Positions 9,459 to 18,863 of a DNA stretch of 64,000 bases are shown here, one piece after another. Under the pieces are notes generated by a model that did no database searches, had not been told where the DNA came from, and worked only from the letters and a program-made list of their open reading frames with translations. The stretch lies in IMG/VR virus record IMGVR_UViG_3300037237_000386, positions 12,919 to 76,918 of that record; one strand, 5' to 3'. Made by a program: the position numbers and the translations under genes. The stretch's first letter is position 1, and every line of letters begins with the position of its first letter. Source of the DNA: a virus.

Positions 9459-10673
9459 ATGGCCAGGCACAAGATGAGGACGGCGGACGCGAGCTCACCC
9501 CTGAGGGAGAGCCCGCTCGCGGCGGTGGCGGCGCGCTTCAAGGACTTCCGTCCGGCGCGCGAGGTGATGAAGGTGGTGCGCGCGGTGCCGACGCGCTTCA
9601 TCCAGTTCGACCACGCGACGCGGGTGGGTGGACTGCCCGTCGACCGCATCTCGGTCGCGCACGGTCCGAGCAACGAGGGCAAGACGCTGCTCGCGCTCGG
9701 GCTCATCGACAGCTTCCTCGCGCTCGACCACTTCGGGCTGTTCGTGGACGCGGAGCGGACGACGCCGATCACGTGGGCGCGGGAGCTGATGGGCGAGCGG
9801 GCGGACTACCCGGGGTTCTTCGCCACCCGCCCCGACACGTACGAGGAGACGATCAAGCAGGTGCGGGCGTTCCTGAACCTGCTCATCGACATGAAGGCGA
9901 AGGGCAAGGTGCCCAAGGAGACGAGCGCGGTCGTCGTCGTGGACAGCCTGCGTAAGCTCGTGCCGGCGGACCTGATGGCGGAGATCCTGAAGGCGGCGAA
10001 GGAGGAGGCCGAGGAGCGGAAGAAGGGCAAGAAGGGCAAAGGCATCACGACGGGCCGGGACCGGCGCGCGCAGCTGCAGGCGAAGATGAACGCGGGGTGG
10101 ATGGACGAGCTCGTGCCGCACCTGGAGCACGCGGGAGCGGCGATGCTGCTCATCGCGCGCGAGATGCAGGACCCGGACGCGGACCCGATGGCTCGGAAGT
10201 TCGGCACGGACTACAAGGTCGGCGGCGGCGGAGCCATCATCTACGACAGCAGCCTGCGCCTGCGTGTTGAGCGCGCCGCGTGGGTCGTCGACAAGAAGGA
10301 AGAGGGCCGCAAGCCGGTCATCTTCGGGGAGCGGCACCGCGTCACCATCAAGAAGACGAAAGTGGGCGGAAAGGACGACAAGGCGAGCGTGGCCTACTTC
10401 CACTCGAGCAACGGCGTGCTGGTGCCGGCGGGGTTCGACCGCGCCAGGGACGTGCTGGAGCTCGCGGTGCGCTTCGGCGTGGTGCAGGCGGGCGGGGGGA
10501 GCTACCGCGTGGGGAGCACGCGCAGCGGCGTCCTCGGGCGCGGGGAGCACAACGTCGTGAAGCGGCTGACGGCGGAGCCGGCGACGCTGGCGAAGTTGGA
10601 GGCGGAGGTGCGCGAGCGGTTCAAGGACCAGACGCCGACGGAGTTCGACGAGATCACCGGAGAAGTCGAATGA
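9459..10673 (+). CDS. recA: RecA/UvsX-family recombinase
   Basis: GGLP..RI...HGPSNEGKT Walker A, FVDAE, VVVDSL Walker B, GGGAIIYDSSLRL. Confidence 0.92.
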   Translation: MARHKMRTADASSPLRESPLAAVAARFKDFRPAREVMKVVRAVPTRFIQFDHATRVGGLPVDRISVAHGPSNEGKTLLALGLIDSFLALDHFGLFVDAERTTPITWARELMGERADYPGFFATRPDTYEETIKQVRAFLNLLIDMKAKGKVPKETSAVVVVDSLRKLVPADLMAEILKAAKEEAEERKKGKKGKGITTGRDRRAQLQAKMNAGWMDELVPHLEHAGAAMLLIAREMQDPDADPMARKFGTDYKVGGGGAIIYDSSLRLRVERAAWVVDKKEEGRKPVIFGERHRVTIKKTKVGGKDDKASVAYFHSSNGVLVPAGFDRARDVLELAVRFGVVQAGGGSYRVGSTRSGVLGRGEHNVVKRLTAEPATLAKLEAEVRERFKDQTPTEFDEITGEVE

Positions 10674-11233
10674 GCGGGAGCATCCTCACGGACGTGGCAA
10701 TCAGCAGAGCGGTGGCGAATCAGGACATTGTCATCGACCCGTACAGAGCGTCGCATGTGAACCCGGCGAGCTACGATCTGACGTTGGGCGACCAGGTGCT
10801 CGTGTACGCGGCCGACTCATTGTCGGTGTACGACGTGAAGCAGGAGCCGACGAAGTTTCGGCACGCACTCATCGGCGATGAGGGGTTCGTCATCCACCCG
10901 GGCGTCGGCTACCTGATGCACACACATGAGAGGGTGCTCACGGAGTCGTACGTGCCGGTGCTCGACGGCAAGAGCAGCATCGGACGGCTGTTCATCAGCG
11001 TGCATTCGACGGCTGGTTATGGCGATCCGGGGTTCGATGGACAGTACACGCTGGAGGTGACGGCTCACCACTTCAGCGTGCGGCTCTACGCGGGCATGCG
11101 CATCGCGCAGATGCGGTTCCACACGATGGAGGGCAAGCTGGCCAAGACATACGAAGGGAACTACCGAGGAGCGACGGCGAAGGGTCCGGTGCCGAGCGCT
11201 GCGTGGCGACAGTTCGCGGAGAAGAAGCCGTGA
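10670..11233 (+). CDS. dcd: dCTP deaminase
   Basis: NPASYDLTL, GKSSIGRLFISVHSTAGYGDPGFDGQYTLEV, GMRIAQM. Confidence 0.93.
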   Translation: MSGSILTDVAISRAVANQDIVIDPYRASHVNPASYDLTLGDQVLVYAADSLSVYDVKQEPTKFRHALIGDEGFVIHPGVGYLMHTHERVLTESYVPVLDGKSSIGRLFISVHSTAGYGDPGFDGQYTLEVTAHHFSVRLYAGMRIAQMRFHTMEGKLAKTYEGNYRGATAKGPVPSAAWRQFAEKKP

Positions 11234-11991
11234 GAGCCCTGTTCACGGGGGACTGGCATAGCGACGCTTCCACCTACGGCGTGAGCCGGCACGACGACGT
11301 GGTGAAGGCGGTGAAGCAGACCGTCGAGGCGGCTGTCAGCCAGAAGGTGGATCTCTACTGTTTCGGGGGCGACCTCTGCGACCCGGACGATGCCATCGCG
11401 TGCCTGAGGGCGTTGAAGCTCGCGATGTGGGCGGCAGGAACGCTCGCGCGGGCGGGCATCCCACAGGTGTGGCAGGCGGGCAATCACGACGTCTTCGAGG
11501 ACGGGAGCGGAGACACGACGTTGACGCCGCTCTACTCGATGGCGAGCACGCTCGCGCAATGGATGTGGGTTGTGGAGATCCCGACGACGGTGCGCGTGAG
11601 GAACTGCTCGCCCGTCTACACACTTCCCTTCACGGCGAGCAGTCATCCCTACGATCCGGCGAAGGAGCTGCGGACGATGTGCACGGAGCAGGAGACGAAC
11701 AACGGTGCGCACGGCGAGGGCTTCGTCATGAGTCACCTGGCGTTCCCGGGCATCCAGCCGGGCGAGGAGACGACGGAGATGCCGAGGGGGCGGGAGGTGG
11801 TGTTCCCGGTCGACGAGCTCGCACGCCTCCGCCCGGACAGGCGGGACGACTGGCTCGTGGCGCAGTTCCACTACCATCGGCGGCAGACGCTCCGCCTCCC
11901 CTTCGCGACGGTGCTGGTGCCCGGGAGTGCGGCCCGGCTGGCGTTCGGGGAGGAAGACAACACGCCGGGCTTCCTGCTGGTGGACCTCTGA
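11230..11991 (+). CDS. Mre11/SbcD-like metallophosphoesterase nuclease
   Basis: GDWH, GGDLCD, GNHD, SHL, HYH, PGS...FGE motifs. Confidence 0.88.
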   Translation: MRALFTGDWHSDASTYGVSRHDDVVKAVKQTVEAAVSQKVDLYCFGGDLCDPDDAIACLRALKLAMWAAGTLARAGIPQVWQAGNHDVFEDGSGDTTLTPLYSMASTLAQWMWVVEIPTTVRVRNCSPVYTLPFTASSHPYDPAKELRTMCTEQETNNGAHGEGFVMSHLAFPGIQPGEETTEMPRGREVVFPVDELARLRPDRRDDWLVAQFHYHRRQTLRLPFATVLVPGSAARLAFGEEDNTPGFLLVDL

Positions 11992-12467
11992 TGGCCCGCC
12001 GCAAGCTCAGGAGCCCCGCCCAGGCGTCGCCCGGCGAGGGGGGCCCGGAGGTAGCCCCCCAGGGAAGCAACGCTCAGGAGGGGCGCGTATGCGTTTCCTT
12101 CGTGCCGTTCGAGGGGAGCCGGAAGCTCCGGACGGTGGACGAGACGGCGCTGGTCTGGGCGGAGGACCCGAAGTTTTGGCGACCGGGTCACGTGCAGGAC
12201 GAGATCCTGCGCCTGCAGCCGCCGGGGGACGTGGCGGAGGGGCGCGTGGAGCACGTGCGCCGGAAGATGGTGGAGATGGGAGCGGCGGCGGTGCGGGTGC
12301 AGCCCGGGCGCAAGGCGCAGGTGCTCCCGAGGGAGAAGACGCGGCACGTGGCCCCGAGGGCGAGGGCGCGCGAGGCGGCGATGGGGCTCGTCGAGAAGGC
12401 GACGACGAAGGACCGGGCAGCGTTGAAGACAGCCGTCGAGCGGTCGCTGGCGGAGGCGGGGTTGTGA
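11991..12467 (+). CDS. hypothetical protein, possibly a separate SbcD C-terminal/capping region
   Basis: Coupled (TGATG) to the short SbcD gene and lies before SbcC. Confidence 0.45.
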   Translation: MARRKLRSPAQASPGEGGPEVAPQGSNAQEGRVCVSFVPFEGSRKLRTVDETALVWAEDPKFWRPGHVQDEILRLQPPGDVAEGRVEHVRRKMVEMGAAAVRVQPGRKAQVLPREKTRHVAPRARAREAAMGLVEKATTKDRAALKTAVERSLAEAGL

Positions 12468-12883
12468 CGACGGAGGAGGACTTCCTGACGTTGTCGCCTG
12501 AGTCGTTCGTTTCGATTGCGCGGGACATGGAGTGGCTGAGGACGAAGTCAGACGCGATGTGGAGGAAGGCGATGGAACCGGAAGTCGAGAAGTGGGACGC
12601 GATTCTCAAGAAGCTGATGGCCGTCGACACACTCGACTCTTCGCAGACGGTGCGTGTGGAGCCGCATTCGCTGGCGTTGCTCATCGCGGAGAACACGCGC
12701 CTGAGTGCCCAGGTGGACGAGCTGCAGACGCGGGGCACGGAGATGGCGGCGGAACGCCAGCGTTGGCGCGACCCGATGCGCATCGCGAAGATCGCGGCCA
12801 AGCTCACGACCAGTGCGGCACTCGGAGAGGACCCCGAGGACATCGCGGTCCGGGCGATGCGCGAGCTCGTCGAGGCGCCGTGA
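12464..12883 (+). CDS. hypothetical coiled-coil protein
   Basis: GTGA overlaps at both ends. Confidence 0.55.
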   Translation: MTTEEDFLTLSPESFVSIARDMEWLRTKSDAMWRKAMEPEVEKWDAILKKLMAVDTLDSSQTVRVEPHSLALLIAENTRLSAQVDELQTRGTEMAAERQRWRDPMRIAKIAAKLTTSAALGEDPEDIAVRAMRELVEAP

Positions 12884-14787
12884 GAATCGCGCGCCTGCAG
12901 CTGGAGAATTGGGAGCCGTTCAAGGGTACGCACGTCCTCGAGCTGCGGCCGCAGGCGTACGCCGTCTTTGCGAGGTACGAGGACGACCCGGACCGCTCGA
13001 ATTGGGCGGGCAAGAGCAGCCTGCTCGGAGCCGTTCGGTTTGCGCTCACCGGGGACCACGACCATCGGCTGGAGGACGAGTGGATCTCGAACGGTGAGGA
13101 GCGCGGCGCGGTGACGCTGGTGCTCGACGATGGGACGGTCATCGACCGGAGCCGGAAGCGCGGCAAGGCGACGCAGTTCGTCGTGGGCAAGGCGAAGGGC
13201 GACGACGCCCAGGCGCTGCTCTGGAAGGCGATGGGTCTCGCCAAGGAGGACTGGCTCGCCACGTGCTGGTGGGAGCAGGGGGCGACGTCGCGCCTCGTCA
13301 CGGCAGATCCCGCGGAGCGCACACGCATCGTCACCGGCTGGCTGGAGCTCGGACCGCTGCAGGCGGCCGAGGGGCACAACGCGCGGCGCCTGGGCGAGGT
13401 GGTGGCGAAGGTGGAGCGGCTCGAGATCGACGCGCGTGGCTGGGAGGCCGTCGAGGCGGAGCAGCTCGGCGGGCAGTCGGTGGACGTGCTGGCGAACGCG
13501 CTGACGACGGCGGAGGGGCAGCTGGAGAAGGCGCGGGCGGAGCGGCAGGTGGCACGCGCCCGGGTGGACGAGCAGGGCGCGGCGGCGGCCAGGCGGGAGA
13601 AGGCGGCGGAGTACGCGCGGCTCGTCGAGGACGGGGTGCGGCTCAAGGCGGAGCTGGCCGAGGAGGACAAGCCGGCGCTGGTGGCGGAGAGGGACAACGC
13701 GCGCGCGACGCATGACGCGGCGGTGGGTAAGCTGACGACGACGAGCCGCGAGGCGGAGCAGCGTCGGAAGGTGGCGCTCGGGGAGTTCGACGGCAAGTGC
13801 CCGGTGGCCGGCATCGCGTGCCCCGCGAAGGACGCGATCAACGCGGACGTGAAGACGAACCGGAAGCGGAGCCAGGCGGCCGACGCGGCGCGCGACCAGG
13901 CACGCGAAGAGGCGCTCGCGGCGACGAACACCTTGGACGCGGCGGAGGGGGAGCTGCAGGCACACGACCGCAAGGCGGAACGGCTGAAGCTACTGCGCGA
14001 CCAGGCGCTCAAGCTGCAGCCGGCGGCCGAGGCGAGTGCGTCGGACCCGGAGCCCGATCCGAAGGCGGGCGAGAAGCTCGCTGCGGCGGAGCGCAAGGAA
14101 CACGAGTGGGTGGAGCGCGTGGGCGCGCTGGGCGAGCGAGTCCGGCGGATCATGGACGCACGGCGCATGCGGGCCGAGGCGCTTGCGAAGATCGTGGTGC
14201 TCGACGGCGAGCTCGCGGCGCTGCGGGAGGCGGCGCTCGTCCTCGGCAAGAACGGGGCGCAGCGGGACGTCGCCCGGGGAGCGCTGGAGGACATCGAGCA
14301 GGGGGCGAACGAGCGCGTGCGTGCGGCGGGTGTGGATCTCGAGGTGAGGGTGCGCTGGGAGCACGAGAGCAAGATGCTGGCGAAGGCGTGCGGCGCGTGC
14401 GGCTGGCCGTTCCCGGAGAGCACGAAGGTCAAGGAGTGCCCGCGGTGCAAGGCGGAGCGGGGACCGCACTACGTCAACCGGCTGGAGTTCGAGAGGAGCC
14501 GTAAGAGCGGCGGTGCCGACGACATGATGGGAGTGGCCCTGCAGCTCGCCGGGAGCGCGTGGCTGCGGGACGCCCGAGGCAGCGCGTGGGCGACGGGGCT
14601 GCTCGACGAGCCGACGAGCCAGATGGACGCAGCGAACCGGCGGGCGCTCGCGCAGATGCTCCGGGCGGAGAAGGGCTTCGAGCAGCTGCTGGTGGTCAGC
14701 CACCATCACGGGACACTCGACGCGCTGCCCGGGCGAATCCTCATCACGAGTGACGGCACGTGGGCACGCGCCGAAGTGGCGGCATGA
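12880..14787 (+). CDS. Rad50/SbcC-like ABC ATPase
   Basis: SNWAGKSS Walker A, EQG Q-loop, coiled coil with central CPVAGIACP, KSGG signature, LLDEP Walker B, VVSH H-loop. Confidence 0.9.
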   Translation: MRIARLQLENWEPFKGTHVLELRPQAYAVFARYEDDPDRSNWAGKSSLLGAVRFALTGDHDHRLEDEWISNGEERGAVTLVLDDGTVIDRSRKRGKATQFVVGKAKGDDAQALLWKAMGLAKEDWLATCWWEQGATSRLVTADPAERTRIVTGWLELGPLQAAEGHNARRLGEVVAKVERLEIDARGWEAVEAEQLGGQSVDVLANALTTAEGQLEKARAERQVARARVDEQGAAAARREKAAEYARLVEDGVRLKAELAEEDKPALVAERDNARATHDAAVGKLTTTSREAEQRRKVALGEFDGKCPVAGIACPAKDAINADVKTNRKRSQAADAARDQAREEALAATNTLDAAEGELQAHDRKAERLKLLRDQALKLQPAAEASASDPEPDPKAGEKLAAAERKEHEWVERVGALGERVRRIMDARRMRAEALAKIVVLDGELAALREAALVLGKNGAQRDVARGALEDIEQGANERVRAAGVDLEVRVRWEHESKMLAKACGACGWPFPESTKVKECPRCKAERGPHYVNRLEFERSRKSGGADDMMGVALQLAGSAWLRDARGSAWATGLLDEPTSQMDAANRRALAQMLRAEKGFEQLLVVSHHHGTLDALPGRILITSDGTWARAEVAA

Positions 14788-15137
14788 TGGGGACCATGAG
14801 CGGCAAGACGAACGGCACGACGGGACCGGCGACTCACAAGCCCGTGGAGGAAACCCGGGTTTCCCTCAAGACGGTGCGCTACCGGGTGGAGGGCAAGCGT
14901 GTCTTCGTCATCTACGCGGCGGACGCGAGCGAGGCCCTCGACAAGATCAACGAGGCCTGCGCCTCGGGGACGAAGGTCGTGCATGGGTTCGACGAGGTGG
15001 CCCTGGCGACGTTCGCGCCGTTCCACGTCCTCGGGTCGGAGGGAGGGATCACGGACGAGGGTGAGCTCAGCTTCGGGCTCGGGGGCGAGGCGATGCTCTG
15101 CGCGGACAATGCGCCCGCGCGCGAGACGCGAAAGTGA
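14784..15137 (+). CDS. hypothetical protein
   Basis: ATGA overlap; contains ETRVS. Confidence 0.55.
   Translation: MMGTMSGKTNGTTGPATHKPVEETRVSLKTVRYRVEGKRVFVIYAADASEALDKINEACASGTKVVHGFDEVALATFAPFHVLGSEGGITDEGELSFGLGGEAMLCADNAPARETRK
14849..14864. repeat. 16-bp palindrome copy 3
   Basis: Read directly. Confidence 0.97.
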
Positions 15138-15658
15138 ACGGCCGGCGCAAGGGCTCGCGCGCGGAGCTGGAAGTCGCGGGCATCATCAGCGAGTGGTGGA
15201 AGCGGCTGGAGATGACGGCGCGCTTCGTCCGCATGCCGCTCTCTGGTGGGTGGGGTGAGCGCGGGGCGCGCGAGGGCTTCAAGGCGAGCGGGGACCTCGG
15301 CACGACGGCGGAGAGGTTTCCCTTCACCGTCGAGGTGAAGAGGCGCGAGGGTTGGAACCGGGAGCGCTTTTTCGCAGGCAAGGCGAGCCCCGTGTGGGCG
15401 TGGTGGAGGCAGGCGCAGTCGCAAGCCGTCGAGGCGAATGCAGAGCCGATGCTCTGGCTGCGGCACAACGGCGACAAGGAGTGGGTCGTGGTCGTGCGCG
15501 AGGAGTACGCCAACAAGATCCGCCTCAAGCCCGAGTGGCACAACAAGTGGGACGCGTGGCCCGCCAGAAGCGGGTGGAAGCCGTTCGCGTTCGGGCACCT
15601 GCTCCTCGTCGGCTTGGACCCGGCGCAGTTCGCGCTGGAAGCTGCTACGAAGGGGTGA
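15134..15658 (+). CDS. Holliday junction resolvase, PD-(D/E)xK (Hjc-like)
   Basis: RRKGSRAELEVA...GDL...VEVKRRE. Confidence 0.8.
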   Translation: MNGRRKGSRAELEVAGIISEWWKRLEMTARFVRMPLSGGWGERGAREGFKASGDLGTTAERFPFTVEVKRREGWNRERFFAGKASPVWAWWRQAQSQAVEANAEPMLWLRHNGDKEWVVVVREEYANKIRLKPEWHNKWDAWPARSGWKPFAFGHLLLVGLDPAQFALEAATKG

Positions 15659-15673
15659 GCGGAGGCGCGCAAC

Positions 15674-16369
15674 GTGAGGAAGAAGGCGAAGAGGGCCCCG
15701 GCGCAGAAGCCGGCGGGCAAGGCGGCGCCGAGTGTTGTCGGCAAGGTGGAGATGGCGGCGCTCGACCTCGTGCGCCCGAACACCTGGAACCCGAACCGGC
15801 TGACGCCCTTCGAGAAGCGAGCGCTCAAGCACGGGCTCGAGCACGACACGTGGCTGCCGAGCCACGCGCTCACGATCTGGAGGACCGACGAGAAGGGCAA
15901 GAAGAAGATGCTCGTCATCGACGGCGAGCACCGCTGGACCGCCGCCCGGGAGCTCGGCCTGAAGGAGGGACCGATGGTGTTCCTCGACGGGCTGACCGAG
16001 GCCGAGGCGAAGGCCTGGACCGTGAAGCTCGACGCGAAGCGGGGCAAGTTCGACGAGGACAAGATGGGCCCCCTCCTCCGGAGCCTGGAGCCGACGATGG
16101 ACGTGGAGACGCGAGCGCTCGACCTCGGCATCGACGAGGACCGCCTCGTGCGGTACCTCGACGACGAGCCGGACAAGGCCGTGGTCGGCGAGCTGCCGAG
16201 CGGGCAGCGGGCGAGCGTGCGGCAGGTGCAGCTCTTCTTCCCGCAGGCGCGCTACGACGAGTTCCAGAAGATGGTGCGGGAGATGGCGGGGAGCCTGAAG
16301 ACGAAGAACGTGACCGACACGGTGCTGGAGGTGGTCCGCCGTGCGGGCGCAGCTGCAGCTCCGAAGTAG
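15674..16369 (+). CDS. ParB/Srx N-terminal-domain protein, paralogue A
   Basis: VRPNTWNPNRL...LVIDGEHRWTAARELG (GxxR patch); C-terminal strand-helix-helix. Confidence 0.85.
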   Translation: MRKKAKRAPAQKPAGKAAPSVVGKVEMAALDLVRPNTWNPNRLTPFEKRALKHGLEHDTWLPSHALTIWRTDEKGKKKMLVIDGEHRWTAARELGLKEGPMVFLDGLTEAEAKAWTVKLDAKRGKFDEDKMGPLLRSLEPTMDVETRALDLGIDEDRLVRYLDDEPDKAVVGELPSGQRASVRQVQLFFPQARYDEFQKMVREMAGSLKTKNVTDTVLEVVRRAGAAAAPK

Positions 16370-16391
16370 CCACCCGGACGCCCACGTGAGG

Positions 16392-17260
16392 ATGCTCGTG
16401 GGCAAGAGGGGTGTGGCCGAGGACGCGCCGGTGCTGCTTGCGGGCGACGCCAGCGCGTTCAAGCCGAACGGCGAGCGCCTCCTGACGCTCGTGCGCGGGG
16501 CCATCGATCGGAGGGTGATCGACGCGGCGTGGCCCTTCATGTGGGGGCTGCGAAAGCACGTCAGCACGAACCGGGGAGCCTACGGCGGGGACGACGCGCT
16601 CGACGACGGGCGCGCGAAGGTGAAGTCGGGCGGGGTGCGGTACAGGGCCGTCAAGCAGGATGGGACCGTGAGCAAGACGAACCACGCGAACCCGGTGCGG
16701 AGCGTGGTCGCGGGGGCGTTCGACCGCAGCCCGCGCATCCCCTTTTGCCGGCAGACGGCGTACAGCACGGACGAGCCGGAGAAGTGGGGCGCGGCGCTGC
16801 CCTTCGTGCAGGCGGTGGGGGAGCTGTTCCGCGACGTCGTACCGGACCGGGCTGCGGCGCAGCGCGAGCAGGCGGAGAAGACGCACCCGGCGTACGTGAT
16901 CCCGGGCACACCCTTCACGACCATCACCGTGAACAACACGGTCGCCGGCACGTACACACGGACAAGGGGGACTTTCACCAGGGGTTCGGTGTGATGGCGG
17001 TCATGCGCCGGGGTCACTACCGCGGGGCAGAGCTCGTGTTCCCGAAGTACGGCGTGGGTGCGGACCTGCAGCACGGCGACGTCATCTTCTTCGATCCGCA
17101 CGAGGTGCACGGCAACCTGGCGTTCCGTGAGGGCATCGGCGTGGAGGCGGAAGATTGGGCTCGGATCTCGATGGTCATGTACTTCAGGACGCGCATGGTC
17201 GATTGCCTGGAGCCGAGGGCGGAGTTGGAGCGCGCCAAGGGCGTGCGAGGAGAGGTGTGA
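16392..17260 (+). pseudogene. TET/JBP-family 2OG-Fe(II) dioxygenase split by a -1 frameshift near 16955 (pseudogene, recoding or sequence error)
   Basis: Frame 1 gives PFCRQTAY...GTPFTTITVNN..GTY; frame 2 continues HTDKGD (HxD), GAELVFP, GDVIFFDPHEVHGN (distal His), RISMVMYFR (2OG Arg). Confidence 0.8.
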
Positions 17261-17907
17261 TGGGCAAGCGGAAGAAGCCGACGGTGAGTGCGGTGGTCAA
17301 CTCGCCGCTGACGGGCGTGAAGCCGAATCCGTGGAATCCGAACCGACTGACGGCGTTCGAGAAGGAGAGCCTGAAGTTCGGCATCCGTGAGGACGGGTGG
17401 CTCGCCAGCCACGCGCTCACCATCTGGCGCACGGACGAGAAGGGCAGAGAGAGGAACCTGGTCATCGACGGCGAGCACCGGCTGGTGGCGGCGCTGGAGC
17501 TCGGGATGACGGTCGGCCCGATGTGCTTCATCGACGGGATGAAGGAGAGCGACGCGAAGAAGCTCACCATCAAGCTCGACGCGAAGCGCGGCAAGTTCGA
17601 CCAGGAGCTCCTGCAGACGCTCGTCAGGAGCATCGCGGATGGCCTCGACCTGGAGACGAGGAGCCTGGCCCTCGGCATCGGTGAGGACGTGCTCGGGGAG
17701 ATGCTCGACACGACGCCGGATACACCCGTCGTCGGGGAGCTCGGCAGTGGCAGGACGAGCGACACGAAGGTGGTCACGTTGTTCTTCACGCCCGAGGGAC
17801 ATGACGAGTTCCTGAAGGTGGCCAAGGAGCTGGCGGTGCGCTTCAAGCAGCAGACGACGAGCGACACGGTGTTCGAGGCGGTGCGAAGGGCGAACGCCGC
17901 AAGATAG
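17260..17907 (+). CDS. ParB/Srx N-terminal-domain protein, paralogue B
   Basis: KPNPWNPNRL...VIDGEHRLVAALELG...KLDAKRGKFD; aligns by eye with 15674..16369 over its full length. Confidence 0.85.
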   Translation: MGKRKKPTVSAVVNSPLTGVKPNPWNPNRLTAFEKESLKFGIREDGWLASHALTIWRTDEKGRERNLVIDGEHRLVAALELGMTVGPMCFIDGMKESDAKKLTIKLDAKRGKFDQELLQTLVRSIADGLDLETRSLALGIGEDVLGEMLDTTPDTPVVGELGSGRTSDTKVVTLFFTPEGHDEFLKVAKELAVRFKQQTTSDTVFEAVRRANAAR

Positions 17908-17912
17908 TCGCC

Positions 17913-18863
17913 ATGCGCGTGACGTACCGGAGGATGAGCGGGGCCGTCGGGCTGACGGACATGGAGCGCGGCAGCCGCGGGATGTGGCTGGAGAAGAGGC
18001 GCGCGCTCCTCGCCGAGCTCGCGCGCCGGGGGCACGGGGTGAGCATCGTCAACCGGATGACGAAGTTCAGCATGCCCCCCGAGATCCCGCCGTGGGACCC
18101 GAAGCGGTGCGACCTCTTGATGATCGAGTTCGGCAGCTCGAACGCGAAGTTCTATGGCGAGGATCTCGACGGCACGAGCAGGATGATCGACTCGCACGAG
18201 GGGAACATCGTGTTCCTCTGCGACGACCCGGACCTCCCCTACACGTGGAAGACGGTGACGAAGAAGATCGGGCGCTGGGTCGTGTGGATGAACGCGACGC
18301 GGGGCGAGGCGTTCGGCGGGCAGCCGGCGGGGATGGTCGTCCGGGATGCGCCGTTCGCGGCGCTGCTGCCCAAGCCGCTGACGCCCATCCCGCTCGACCG
18401 CATGGAGCCTGCCGTCTACATCGGCAGGCCCAAGGGGCGCGAGAAGGCGCTGCGGGGCATCTTCGAGGCGGGTGTGGAGCTCGAGGTGTGCGGGCGCGCG
18501 AAGGAGTGGGAGGGGTTCGACGTGCGGGTCATCGACGCGCCGGACCAGGGCGCGCGCGGGGCCTTCTATCGGAGGCGGCTGGCGAGCGTCGTCGTCGCGG
18601 ACCGGAAGCACAAGCGCATGGGCTGGAGGACGGGGCGCGCGTACCACGCGCTTTACGCGGGGACGCCGGCCGTCGTCGAGGCGGACCACGAGGCGCTGGC
18701 GGAGACGTTCACTGTGTTCCACGAGCCGGGGGATCTGCGAGACACGCTCACCGCGTGGAAGACGGACCCGCGGTTGCGCGCGAAGGCGTGGGACGCGCAG
18801 ATGAATGCCCAGGTGCGGGACAGAGTGACCATGGACGAGACGCTGCGGGCGTCGGGCTTGTGA
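17913..18863 (+). CDS. GT-B glycosyltransferase resembling T4 DNA beta-glucosyltransferase
   Basis: FLCDDPDLPY (cf. BGT YLFTDIRLPF), AVYIGRPKGR, VVVADRKH...RTGRAYHAL (cf. LIIGDKNY...TLRVWETM); next to TET/JBP. Confidence 0.65.
   Translation: MRVTYRRMSGAVGLTDMERGSRGMWLEKRRALLAELARRGHGVSIVNRMTKFSMPPEIPPWDPKRCDLLMIEFGSSNAKFYGEDLDGTSRMIDSHEGNIVFLCDDPDLPYTWKTVTKKIGRWVVWMNATRGEAFGGQPAGMVVRDAPFAALLPKPLTPIPLDRMEPAVYIGRPKGREKALRGIFEAGVELEVCGRAKEWEGFDVRVIDAPDQGARGAFYRRRLASVVVADRKHKRMGWRTGRAYHALYAGTPAVVEADHEALAETFTVFHEPGDLRDTLTAWKTDPRLRAKAWDAQMNAQVRDRVTMDETLRASGL

Noticed and set aside
15674-17907. Classical ParABS plasmid-prophage partition cassette
   Set aside because: No ParA ATPase is seen in the window and the ParBs sit in a DNA-modification operon; a ParA outside the window cannot be excluded.
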